In this document: piece by piece, positions 9,881 through 18,405 of the stretch
Layout: every line of letters begins with the position of its first letter
Numbering within the stretch: position 1 is the first letter of the stretch
The notes under the pieces: generated by a model
What the model was told of the DNA's origin: nothing
Database searches by the model: none
Seen by the model: the letters and a program-made list of their open reading frames with translations, nothing else
Source: an archaeon
GTDB lineage: Archaea; Nanobdellota; Nanobdellia; Pacearchaeales; GW2011-AR1
Assembly (NCBI GenBank): GCA_043810285.1
Contig: JBDROH010000022.1
Span: forward strand, 8,484 to 72,483
Reading direction: 5' to 3'
DNA length: 64,000 nt
Translations under genes and position numbers: made by a program

Positions 9881-9966
9881 AGTAATCCAATACTTAATGA
9901 AACTATCCAAAGGTTTTTCATATTCTAATCAAGGATGAAACTTATTTAAACTAAACGCCCCAACCA
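9881..9966. repeat. ~86-bp direct repeat copy 2, with att core at 9956-9965
   Basis: Near-identical to 4721-4807. Confidence 0.9.
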
Positions 9967-10037
9967 CTGTTTACTTCTAGTAGTGTTTGTTTACACCAAT
10001 TATATAAGATAAGTAAAATTCTTACTAATAATCAATT

Positions 10038-10361
10038 TTAATGTTGCATTGCAAGAATATTTTCTATTTCTTCTAGAGTATTATTTGTCGTTCTTAAAAG
10101 ATATTTAAATGCTTTAATATATTTTTCTTTCCCAGAAGTTTTAATAGCAACTTTCCTTTCTTCTTCATTATCAAAAGCAGAATTAATATATTCTTCATCT
10201 TTTAATACAATACCAAAATAAATTGGGTTCATTCCAAAAAATGTTCTCCATCTATTGTTTAACATGCATACATCACCAGGCTTACTACCTCTCTTAAATT
10301 TACTAAAATTCTTAATCTCTCTTTGTAGCGCCTCTTTGATAAACTTGTCCTGATTTTTCAT
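10038..10361 (-). CDS. Hypothetical protein
   Basis: 107-aa ORF co-oriented with the NYN gene. Confidence 0.55.
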   Translation of the reverse strand: MKNQDKFIKEALQREIKNFSKFKRGSKPGDVCMLNNRWRTFFGMNPIYFGIVLKDEEYINSAFDNEEERKVAIKTSGKEKYIKAFKYLLRTTNNTLEEIENILAMQH

Positions 10362-10421
10362 ATTGATAATTATATTTAGTAAAGGATGTCTGAGTTTTTA
10401 TAGTTTTAGAATAATTTGAGA

Positions 10422-10958
10422 TTAGGATAATTTAATTTCTTCAATAAATTTTTCGTCTATTTTTATTGTTTTATAAGCTACTTTCTTTAGATGATAGGAT
10501 ATTGTTTTGCTGTTTCCTATTGCTACGTAGTTTATTTTTTTCGAAAATCTTTCTTGTGCTGCTTTAACTGCTCCTGAAAAATCTCCATCATTTGATATAA
10601 GAAATGCTTCGTCAAATTCGTTTGCTTGTGCGTCTAAAACTAAATCTAGTGCTAGGTTGACATCTGTCGCTTTTTCAACAAAGTATTCTTCTCCATCCTT
10701 TTTCCGTTTTTCTAATCTTCCAAAGATTATTTTTAGATTTTTGATTTCTCTAAATTTATCAAAAAAACTTTGTTGTTTTGCGTACATTTTAGAATTTTGA
10801 GTTTGGTCTACAGGTGCAATGTAATAATTTATTTTTACTAAATCATTTTTATTAGTAAGTTTTTTACAGAATTCTCCCATATCTATTTTACAATTAAATC
10901 TTTTCTTTATCGAAAAATAGAAATTGCTTCCATCAATGTAGACAATAGATTTTTTCAT
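10422..10958 (-). CDS. NYN-domain (LabA/DUF88, PIN-like) nuclease
   Basis: YIDGSNF, EKATDVNLALD, LISNDGDF. Confidence 0.9.
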   Translation of the reverse strand: MKKSIVYIDGSNFYFSIKKRFNCKIDMGEFCKKLTNKNDLVKINYYIAPVDQTQNSKMYAKQQSFFDKFREIKNLKIIFGRLEKRKKDGEEYFVEKATDVNLALDLVLDAQANEFDEAFLISNDGDFSGAVKAAQERFSKKINYVAIGNSKTISYHLKKVAYKTIKIDEKFIEEIKLS

Positions 10959-11122
10959 ATAATTAAAAAAATCATGGGGTCCGTGAAGATCCCATGGAGT
11001 TTATTGGAGTTAGATATAGTTTAATGTTTAAAAATGTTATGGTTGTGTATTTTTGTGTATTTTCTCGTTGGTAAATCTAAAAATTATGCGTTTTGTCGAC
11101 GTTGTTTTTATTTTTTACGACC

Positions 11123-11234
11123 CGCCCCAACCGTCCACGACCCAAGTCGAGCATCCTTACGGGATGTCTTGTCATTTGCTTTATACTTGTTGATGGATTT
11201 TATTTAAAAATGTTGTCGACGACTTTGGGGTGAC
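11123..11234 (-). repeat. A-type repeat copy 3 with exact att core (best preserved; probable far end of the integrase-bearing unit)
   Basis: CGCCCCAACCG, hairpin CATCC-TTACG-GGATG, TTTAAAAATGTTGTCG, GGGTGAC. Confidence 0.85.
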
Positions 11235-11311
11235 GAATTGATTATTTACAATAGAAAGAAGCTTCTATTGGGAATAGAAACATTTATAAAATATAATCTT
11301 CTGAAATAGAC

Positions 11312-12526
11312 ATGATAACAAAGGAAGTTTTAATGAAAGTAATAAAAATACAAAGAGAGTGGATTAATACAATTGATAAGGGGATAATTAGGGAAAATTT
11401 CCATAACATAAAATTAAAAGAATCTTTCGCGTTGGTTATTTCGGGGATTAGAAGGTGTGGTAAAAGTACTCTTTTGAACCAAATTCTGAAAGGGCAGAAA
11501 AATTTTTATTATTTAAATCTTGAAGATCCTCGACTAGAGGGATTTGAGTTAAAAGATTTTAATAAAGTTGATGAAATTTTTCAAGAGTTATATGGTCCTA
11601 ACGGAACTTATTTCTTTGATGAGATTCAAAATATTGAAAAATGGGAGAAATTTATTAGATTTTTAGTAGACAGAAAAAACGAGATAGTAATAACGGGCTC
11701 AAATGCTTCCTTGTTAAGTCAAGAACTTGGGACAAGACTTACAGGAAGACATATCAGTTACGAATTATTCCCATTTTCATACTTAGAGTTTTTAGAGTTC
11801 TTTAAGCAAAAACCAAATGAAAAATCTTATTCAGAATATCTCTATGAAGGGGGTTTTCCAGAATATTTGAGGGAAAAGGATATGACTGTTTTGCATGAAT
11901 TATTAAAAGATGTTTTAATGAGGGATATTGCAAATAGATTCGGAATTAAGAATACGGAAACATTGAGAAAATTGGCTATCTATTTACTGAGTAATGTTGG
12001 AAAAGAATTTTCATACAATTCCCTTAAGAAAATGTTGGAAGTTAAATCTGTCCAGAGTATCATAGACTATGTTTCTTTTTTGGAGAATGCTTATCTGATT
12101 TTTACAATACCTAAATTCAGTTATTCTTATAAAAAACAACAAGTTAATCCCAAAAAAGTTTATTCAATAGATAACGGATTATCCTATGCTAACTCGGTTT
12201 CTTTTTCAAAAGATAAAGGTAAGATGTTAGAGAATAATGTTTTTTTGAATTTAAGAAAAAGGTATAAAGAAATATTCTATTTCCAAAAAGATAAAGAGTG
12301 TGATTTTGTGGTTAAGGACAGAGAAAAAGTCCTCCTCGCAATCCAAGTTTGTTATGAATTTAATGATGAAAATCAAGATAGAGAAATAAATGGATTACTT
12401 GAAGCTTTGAATGAATTAAAGCTTAAGACTGGATTAATTTTGACGTATAATCAAGAAGATGAATTTGAAATCGATGGGAAGAAAATAATTCTTAAGCCAG
12501 TTTGGAAGTGGTTGATGGAAGAGTAA
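11312..12526 (+). CDS. AAA_14/DUF4143 family ATPase
   Basis: GIRRCGKST, FFDEIQ, ITGSNA, GGFPE, KVYSIDNG, ECDFV. Confidence 0.9.
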   Translation: MITKEVLMKVIKIQREWINTIDKGIIRENFHNIKLKESFALVISGIRRCGKSTLLNQILKGQKNFYYLNLEDPRLEGFELKDFNKVDEIFQELYGPNGTYFFDEIQNIEKWEKFIRFLVDRKNEIVITGSNASLLSQELGTRLTGRHISYELFPFSYLEFLEFFKQKPNEKSYSEYLYEGGFPEYLREKDMTVLHELLKDVLMRDIANRFGIKNTETLRKLAIYLLSNVGKEFSYNSLKKMLEVKSVQSIIDYVSFLENAYLIFTIPKFSYSYKKQQVNPKKVYSIDNGLSYANSVSFSKDKGKMLENNVFLNLRKRYKEIFYFQKDKECDFVVKDREKVLLAIQVCYEFNDENQDREINGLLEALNELKLKTGLILTYNQEDEFEIDGKKIILKPVWKWLMEE

Positions 12527-12643
12527 TCGTTTAATGCCTGGGATGAATTGCAGCAACTTGCCGGAAAACTTCTAAATAAAGATTTCAAAAAACATACCAA
12601 TAAGGTAAGAAAATTAGTTCTTTTTAAAAGTAATTAATATGGT

Positions 12644-13774
12644 ATGGAAAAAAGAGATCCATACAAACATAAAGAAAGATACTTCAGATGGTTAAAAGAA
12701 AATGCAAATGGGATAGGGGGGATTTCTTTAAGAAATTCTTCTTTAATCTTGGCTTATTTGTACGATATGCAAGAAGGATTAAATGTTTCAGTAAAATCAA
12801 AAAAAGGTCCAAGAAGTTATACAAGACTAAACAACATAATCCAAAGAATGGTTTTCTTGGCGAAGAAATTTGAAGAAATTTACAGATTAGAAGATATGTC
12901 TCAAATAGATGAAAACATTCTGCATAATTATTTCAATGGAGTAAAAGATGGGACTATCAGAAGATTTGATGGAGAAATATACAGGGACCCTGCAAATCTG
13001 GTAAAGATTTTCAAAGCTTTTTGGCACTGGTGGCAAAAAGTTAACAGAAAGGAAGGAAATGGAATAAAAGACATTACAATAGACTTAGATGCCACTTGTG
13101 ATAAGCCTAAATGGGTTTATATGACCGAAGAACAAATCGCCAAACTTTGTCAAAAAGCTTCTTTTGACTATAATGTCTTGATAACTTTTCTTTATGACTC
13201 TGGAATAAGGGCCCCAACAGAACTTTTAAACATAAGAATCTCGGACTTTCAAAACGAGTTCAGGGAACTGACTATAAGGGAAGAAGTAAGCAAGACTTTT
13301 GGAAGGAGAATCAAATTAATGTTCTCTTCTGAATTAATAAAAAAATATGTGGACAAAAAAGGGCTTTCAAAAGAAGACTATCTTTTCTCATTAAGTCCTT
13401 ATACAATAAATTCTAATCTTCAAAAACTGGTAAAAAAAGTTTTGGGGACAGAAGTAAGTCCTGCAGGACAAAAATACTCTGAACTCACCATGTATGATTT
13501 CCGACATTGCTCATGTTGTTACTGGCTACCAAAATATAAATCTGAATCAGGTCTAAAATATCGTTTTGGTTGGAAAAAGTCAGAAAGGATCCATTATTAT
13601 TCTGAGATGCTTGGGATGCAAGACACTATTTCTGAAGAAGATTTATTTGAAGATACTGGTGGGATGGTCTTCAAAAGAAAAGTGAATAAGATTTACACAG
13701 ATAATAGGCTACAAGAATCTAGGTTAGACTTTCTTGAGAGAAAGATTCAAGAGTTAGGTAAGAAAGTAACTTGA
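12644..13774 (+). CDS. Tyrosine recombinase/integrase
   Basis: Catalytic set SGIR, SKT, YDFRH, FGW, HYY; convergent on the tRNA-Asp 3' end. Confidence 0.9.
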   Translation: MEKRDPYKHKERYFRWLKENANGIGGISLRNSSLILAYLYDMQEGLNVSVKSKKGPRSYTRLNNIIQRMVFLAKKFEEIYRLEDMSQIDENILHNYFNGVKDGTIRRFDGEIYRDPANLVKIFKAFWHWWQKVNRKEGNGIKDITIDLDATCDKPKWVYMTEEQIAKLCQKASFDYNVLITFLYDSGIRAPTELLNIRISDFQNEFRELTIREEVSKTFGRRIKLMFSSELIKKYVDKKGLSKEDYLFSLSPYTINSNLQKLVKKVLGTEVSPAGQKYSELTMYDFRHCSCCYWLPKYKSESGLKYRFGWKKSERIHYYSEMLGMQDTISEEDLFEDTGGMVFKRKVNKIYTDNRLQESRLDFLERKIQELGKKVT

Positions 13775-13913
13775 GTCCTCCAAAAAATACTTCAATGCCC
13801 CGTCAAAAATCTCGACGCTCCGAACGGACAAAGACTTGAGTTCTCAAGAGAAGTAAATGTATTCGTCGTCGACAAAAACTATAAAACTTCAATCCACCGT
13901 CGGTAAAAACCCA

Positions 13914-13985
13914 CGCCCCAACCGGGGATTGAACCCGGATCTCGACCGCGACAGGGTCGTGTACTAACCACTATACTATTGAGGC
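13914..13985 (-). tRNA. tRNA-Asp(GTC)
   Basis: Cloverleaf: GCCTCAA/TTGGGGC acceptor, CGACC-CTGTCGC-GGTCG anticodon arm, TTCAATC T-loop, G73. Confidence 0.95.
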
Positions 13986-14036
13986 TTGTAATTTAATTGA
14001 AGAATTGATTTAAAAGACTTACTATTTTTTCTTTGT

Positions 14037-14986
14037 TGTGCAAGCAAGTGACATATGTCACCCCCTAAAACAATAGCTCAAAATCATTATAAATTTCATC
14101 TGGCGTTTTATTATCCAAGCTCATATGTGGTCTAAAATGATTATAGTTCATTCTCCAGAGCTCAACATCTTCATTGCAAAACTTAAACTCTCTTTTGAAA
14201 GTTTGAAACAATCTCTCAACTTTTCCTTGCGTTGTTGGGCTATGAACTGTTCCTCTAATGTGTTCTATTCCCCTCTTTCTACATCTTCTGTCAAATCTTG
14301 AATGTCTGCTTTTCAAACCATAAGCTGAACCATTATCAGTTAGAATTTGTTTTGGCTTGCCATAAATTTTAATTAACTTATCGATTAAATTTATCACAAT
14401 ATCCGTCGTAACAACGTTAGTTACAGCAAAAGCTAAACTTTTTCTTGAGCAATCATCGACGACAGAAACTACCCACTTATCTTTAATTTTTTGTTGGCTA
14501 TGATCAATCTGCCAAAGAGAATTAGGACGTTTTCTTTGAAAACGAATATATTTTATTCTTTTCTTTTTTCTTTTAGTTGGTTCAGTTAGTTTGTGTTTGT
14601 TTAGAATTTTATTAATAGATGTATGGCTTAAGTTTACAAAGTTTTCAATTTTTTCAGCCCCAAAACCAGTTTTCTCTCTTATAGAAATAATCTTATTTTC
14701 TATCTCTTTAGTTATTTTTCTATGAATCATTTTAGGACGTCTGGACTTATCATTCAAATCCCAATTATCATTTGTATCTAATTCGTGTACCCATCTTTTC
14801 AAAGTTCGATTAGTTATTTCGAATTTATGTTTTACAAAAAGTATTTTTCTACATTGGTTATATGAATGTCCCTCCATTTTTAGTTTAAAAAATATCTTTC
14901 TGATTTCTTCTTTTTTCATAAAAAGAATCAAAAAACACTGCGGAACTAATTTTCGGTGCTAGTGACATATGTCACTGGATTGCACA
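14037..14986 (-). mobile_element. IS481-family insertion sequence, complete
   Basis: 25-bp TIRs TGTGCAAGCAAGTGACATATGTCAC / TGTGCAATCCAGTGACATATGTCAC (23/25); 15-bp direct repeat CTATTTTTTCTTTGT at 14022-14036 and 14987-15001. Confidence 0.9.
14065..14919 (-). CDS. IS481-family DDE transposase (HTH + rve core)
   Basis: WQIDH, VVDDCSR, LTDNGSAY, QGKVERLFQTFKRE, YNHFRPH; ATG at 14919 preferred. Confidence 0.9.
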   Translation of the reverse strand: MKKEEIRKIFFKLKMEGHSYNQCRKILFVKHKFEITNRTLKRWVHELDTNDNWDLNDKSRRPKMIHRKITKEIENKIISIREKTGFGAEKIENFVNLSHTSINKILNKHKLTEPTKRKKKRIKYIRFQRKRPNSLWQIDHSQQKIKDKWVVSVVDDCSRKSLAFAVTNVVTTDIVINLIDKLIKIYGKPKQILTDNGSAYGLKSRHSRFDRRCRKRGIEHIRGTVHSPTTQGKVERLFQTFKREFKFCNEDVELWRMNYNHFRPHMSLDNKTPDEIYNDFELLF

Positions 14987-15208
14987 CTATTTTTTCTTTG
15001 TTTTCTTTTTTGTCTTATTTTCTGAAATCTTTGCAACTTCTACTCGGAGTTTTTCAATTTCTTCTAAGAGTGTTGCGTGATTTAGACTAAGGTGTTGTAT
15101 TTTCTCATGAATATCTGAAAAGGCATCGTTAAGCATTAACATATCTTTTTTCACATACCCGAAACTCGCAGAGATATCTTTTTCAATTTGTTTAATTGAT
15201 TTTTCCAT
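14987..15208 (-). CDS. Small coiled-coil hypothetical protein
   Basis: 73 aa; SFGYVKKD resembles SFVLIRKD in 932..1411. Confidence 0.6.
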   Translation of the reverse strand: MEKSIKQIEKDISASFGYVKKDMLMLNDAFSDIHEKIQHLSLNHATLLEEIEKLRVEVAKISENKTKKKTKKK

Positions 15209-15302
15209 AATATTCCATATATTTTATATTTATAAACTTTTGTAACTTTAAAATTGCGACAAAAAACGGGAATGATTAAAAAGAACTAATCTCTGTAACT
15301 TT

Positions 15303-15578
15303 ATGGATAATCTCTTACAACGTTTACCTTCAGTTCATTCTTGTAATACTGTTTTGGAAGAGAGAAAAATTCAGGTAGATGGGAGAATCTTAAATTTGAA
15401 TCCCTATCCAGTTGATTATTGTCCGAAATGTAATATCTACAAGTATAATGATATCGAATCTATGAATCCAAGATTTGTTGGAAGGTACATAACTCGGTTG
15501 CAAGAAGAAACAAATCAACTAACAAATAAATCTATGTTTAACATCAAATTTAGATCTAGTCCAAACAAAAAGCCTTAA
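15303..15578 (+). CDS. Hypothetical protein, possible Zn-ribbon
   Basis: HSC...CPKC. Confidence 0.5.
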   Translation: MDNLLQRLPSVHSCNTVLEERKIQVDGRILNLNPYPVDYCPKCNIYKYNDIESMNPRFVGRYITRLQEETNQLTNKSMFNIKFRSSPNKKP

Positions 15579-15602
15579 AATGTTATTTTTTGTTCTTATT
15601 TT

Positions 15603-16793
15603 ATGAAATCAGATTACGAACTCTTAGCCCCTGTTGGAGATTTTAAGAATTTACATGCGGCGGTAGTAGCGGGAGCTGATGCAGTATACTTTGGGATTAA
15701 AGGATTTAATATGCGGGCTAGCGCAAAGAATTTCAGCGTTAGGGACTTAAAAAGAATTCGACGGATTTGCAATGATTCCTCTAGAAAGCCTAAAATGTAT
15801 TTAACCTTGAACACAGTAGTTTATGACAGAGAATTGAAGAAACTTGAGAAAATTGTAAAAGCGGTTAAGGGGAAAGTTGATGCGATTATTTGTTGGGATA
15901 TGTTGGTGATTGTATTATGTAAAAAATATGGTGTTCCATTTCATGTTTCTACTCAAGCATCTATTTCTAATGTTTCTGCCGCTAAAATTTATAAGAATCT
16001 TGGAGCTAAAAGAATAGTTCTTGCTAGAGAATTGAATTTAGAGCAGATTAAAAAAATATCCAATGTGATTGATATTGAGTGTTTTTGTCATGGAGCAATG
16101 TGCGTCGCAATTTCAGGAAGATGTTTTACTTCGCAATTTGTTAAAAGGCTTTCGGCTAATCGTGGACAGTGTGTGCAACTTTGTCGACGAGCTTGGGAAA
16201 TTAAAGATGATGAAGGAAATAAGTTGGTTCTGAATAATAATCGGGTGATGTCCGCGAAGGATTTGTGTACATTGCCTTTTATCGAGAATATGAAGAAAGC
16301 CGGAATTAAATCATTTAAAATTGAAGGAAGAAATCGAAGTCCAGAATATGTTTATGCAGTAGTATCTGAATATAGAAATGCTTTAGATAATAATTTAAAT
16401 CGAACTGAGATTATTGAAGGGATTGCTCGGTTGAAGAAAGTTTACAATAGAGGATTCAGTTCCGGGTTCTATTTGAAAATGCCGACGGCAGATGACTTTT
16501 CGTTTAGTGAAAATGGAGAACAAGAAGAAAGGAAAGAGTTTGTTGGACGAGTTGAGAGGTATTGGCCAAAGGCTGGAGCAGCATCGGTTAAAATGTTTGC
16601 TGGTTGTTTGAATGTTGGCGATAATGTGTATTTAATTTCGAAAGATGCCCCAATTCAGAGAGTTGTTGTTAAGAGTATTGAATTCGAAAGCAAGGATGTC
16701 AAGGTCGCTAAAAAGGGTCAGGAAATTGGAGTTAATTTTGGTGTTGTAGTAAAACGTGGCGACGAGGTTTATGTTATTAGGTCTGCTTCTTAA
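15603..16793 (+). CDS. Peptidase U32 family protein (RNA hydroxylase-like)
   Basis: ELLAPVG, GADAVYFG, HGAMCVAISGRC, NRGQCVQLCR, FKIEGR. Confidence 0.9.
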   Translation: MKSDYELLAPVGDFKNLHAAVVAGADAVYFGIKGFNMRASAKNFSVRDLKRIRRICNDSSRKPKMYLTLNTVVYDRELKKLEKIVKAVKGKVDAIICWDMLVIVLCKKYGVPFHVSTQASISNVSAAKIYKNLGAKRIVLARELNLEQIKKISNVIDIECFCHGAMCVAISGRCFTSQFVKRLSANRGQCVQLCRRAWEIKDDEGNKLVLNNNRVMSAKDLCTLPFIENMKKAGIKSFKIEGRNRSPEYVYAVVSEYRNALDNNLNRTEIIEGIARLKKVYNRGFSSGFYLKMPTADDFSFSENGEQEERKEFVGRVERYWPKAGAASVKMFAGCLNVGDNVYLISKDAPIQRVVVKSIEFESKDVKVAKKGQEIGVNFGVVVKRGDEVYVIRSAS

Positions 16794-17295
16794 AACTTAA
16801 AATAGTTAAAAAAAGAATTATCCCTCCGAAAATAAACCCTCCAATGATATCAGTTAACCAATGAACTCTTAGATAAATTCTCGTAAAACCTACTAAAAAA
16901 ATTGTTAGAATAGCAATTAGTGAGGATATTAATTTTATTTTCTTTGATTTGTTTTTCGAGAATAGATAAACTATTAGTCCAAAGAAAACAACAGCCATTG
17001 TTGAATGTCCGCTCGGAAACGAGAAACCAATTTCTTGAACTATTTGATTTAATGGACGAGTTCTTTGGAAAATTTCCTTGGATACTTTTATTAATATGCC
17101 CGTTAAGAGTATTGCCGAGGTAAAAATGATTCCTTTTTTCTTAGATGATTTAACGTAGAGGTATATTGCAATAATTAGAGAAATTGCAATTAAAGTTATT
17201 GGATCAAAAATTAATGCTAAGACTTTAGAGAAAATTGTTAATTGGGAAGTTTGGATTGATTGCATAAATATATTTGTCACGGTGTCGATTAGCAT
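16777..17295 (-). CDS. PAP2 family membrane phosphatase
   Basis: K-x6-RP, SFPSGH, TRIYLRVHW-x-x-D. Confidence 0.9.
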   Translation of the reverse strand: MLIDTVTNIFMQSIQTSQLTIFSKVLALIFDPITLIAISLIIAIYLYVKSSKKKGIIFTSAILLTGILIKVSKEIFQRTRPLNQIVQEIGFSFPSGHSTMAVVFFGLIVYLFSKNKSKKIKLISSLIAILTIFLVGFTRIYLRVHWLTDIIGGFIFGGIILFLTILSFKKQT

Positions 17296-17296
17296 C

Positions 17297-18001
17297 CTAA
17301 GGGTAACGATAAAAGATTAATAAACCTTTTTCATCAGAGATATAGAGTGAATCACCTTCGTCATTCCAGATACACGAGAAACTTTTTATGAAAGTCCCTT
17401 TTTGGAGTGTTTCTTTATAGGTGTGGGTGGCGTCGTCTTTTATTGTTACAGAGATTTCATCGCAAGAGTTTTCTAAAATTAAAAGTTCATCATTAGAACA
17501 CCGTATTGGCTGTTCTTTGTATTTCAATTCGATGAGTTTGAGACAGTTTGCATTAGGTGAATTTTTCCAAAGACCCTTTTTATTGAGCCTTGCGAATTCT
17601 TCAGCTTGTTTTAGTTCGTCATAATATTTGTCTTTTTCATAGTAATATAATGTAGCGAAACCTTCTCCAAGAATCTCCTTATTTATGTTTTTTCCGTCAA
17701 TAAATATGTATGCTAGGGTTCTCCCATATTTATCTGTGCCATAGCTTTCGATTTCAATTGACTTATTTTCAACTAATTGTCTGACTAATTCAGTCGCTTC
17801 TTGGCTAAAAGACATTAATTTTTCAGGAGTATTAATTCCCTTAAGTCTAATTTTTTGTCCTCCTATTAATTCCAATGTATCTCCGTCTATAACTCTCACT
17901 ACAATTGTAGAAGTTTTTGCGATGGTATCTTCAGTTATTTGATAGTAGAATATGCAAGAAGAAAGAAACAAAATAGCGAGAAATAGAGATTTGAGATTCA
18001 T
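17297..18001 (-). CDS. Secreted thermonuclease (SNase)
   Basis: Signal/anchor, VIDGDT, IRLKGINTPE, DKYGRTLAY. Confidence 0.9.
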   Translation of the reverse strand: MNLKSLFLAILFLSSCIFYYQITEDTIAKTSTIVVRVIDGDTLELIGGQKIRLKGINTPEKLMSFSQEATELVRQLVENKSIEIESYGTDKYGRTLAYIFIDGKNINKEILGEGFATLYYYEKDKYYDELKQAEEFARLNKKGLWKNSPNANCLKLIELKYKEQPIRCSNDELLILENSCDEISVTIKDDATHTYKETLQKGTFIKSFSCIWNDEGDSLYISDEKGLLIFYRYP

Positions 18002-18051
18002 AGGATTTGGAATACAGCAAGGTTTAAAAGTGTAATTTTTGTTTGTGTCTT

Positions 18052-18360
18052 ATGTCAAAAGTACGAATCAAATTGCAAAGTGTAGAAATCGGTAAATTGA
18101 ATGACGTTATCGATATGATAAAAACTATTGCTAGCGGTGCAGGAATTCCAATAAGTGGACCGATTCCATTACCGACGAAGCGATTGAAAGTAACTACTAG
18201 GAAATCTCCTTGCGGTGATGGAACTGCAACTTTCGACAGATTCGAAATGAGGATTCACAAACGTATTATTGATTTACCTGCTAATGATAAAATTCTTCAT
18301 AGTATTATGAGAATCAATATTCCTAGAACGGTTAAGATTAAGATTGAGATGGTTGATTAA
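18052..18360 (+). CDS. rps10: 30S ribosomal protein S10 (uS10)
   Basis: SGPIPLPTK, RKSPCGDG, MRIHKRIID. Confidence 0.95.
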   Translation: MSKVRIKLQSVEIGKLNDVIDMIKTIASGAGIPISGPIPLPTKRLKVTTRKSPCGDGTATFDRFEMRIHKRIIDLPANDKILHSIMRINIPRTVKIKIEMVD

Positions 18361-18405
18361 AGAGATTATAATAATACTTAAAAAGATGTTTTTTTCAATT
18401 TGACT

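Larger units (their letters stand above)
4483..13985. mobile_element. Genomic island / tandem cassette array integrated at the tRNA-Asp 3' end
   Basis: Tyrosine integrase next to tRNA-Asp, repeated CGCCCCAACC(G) att-like cores, TA/defence-type cargo, pseudogenes. Confidence 0.8.

Noticed and set aside
4483..11234. CRISPR array or classical integron attC sites
   Set aside because: The repeats are 0.3-2.8 kb apart with genes between them, there are no cas genes, and I could not see attC R''/R' boxes (RYYYAAC...GTTRRRY). The shared core instead matches the tRNA 3' end.
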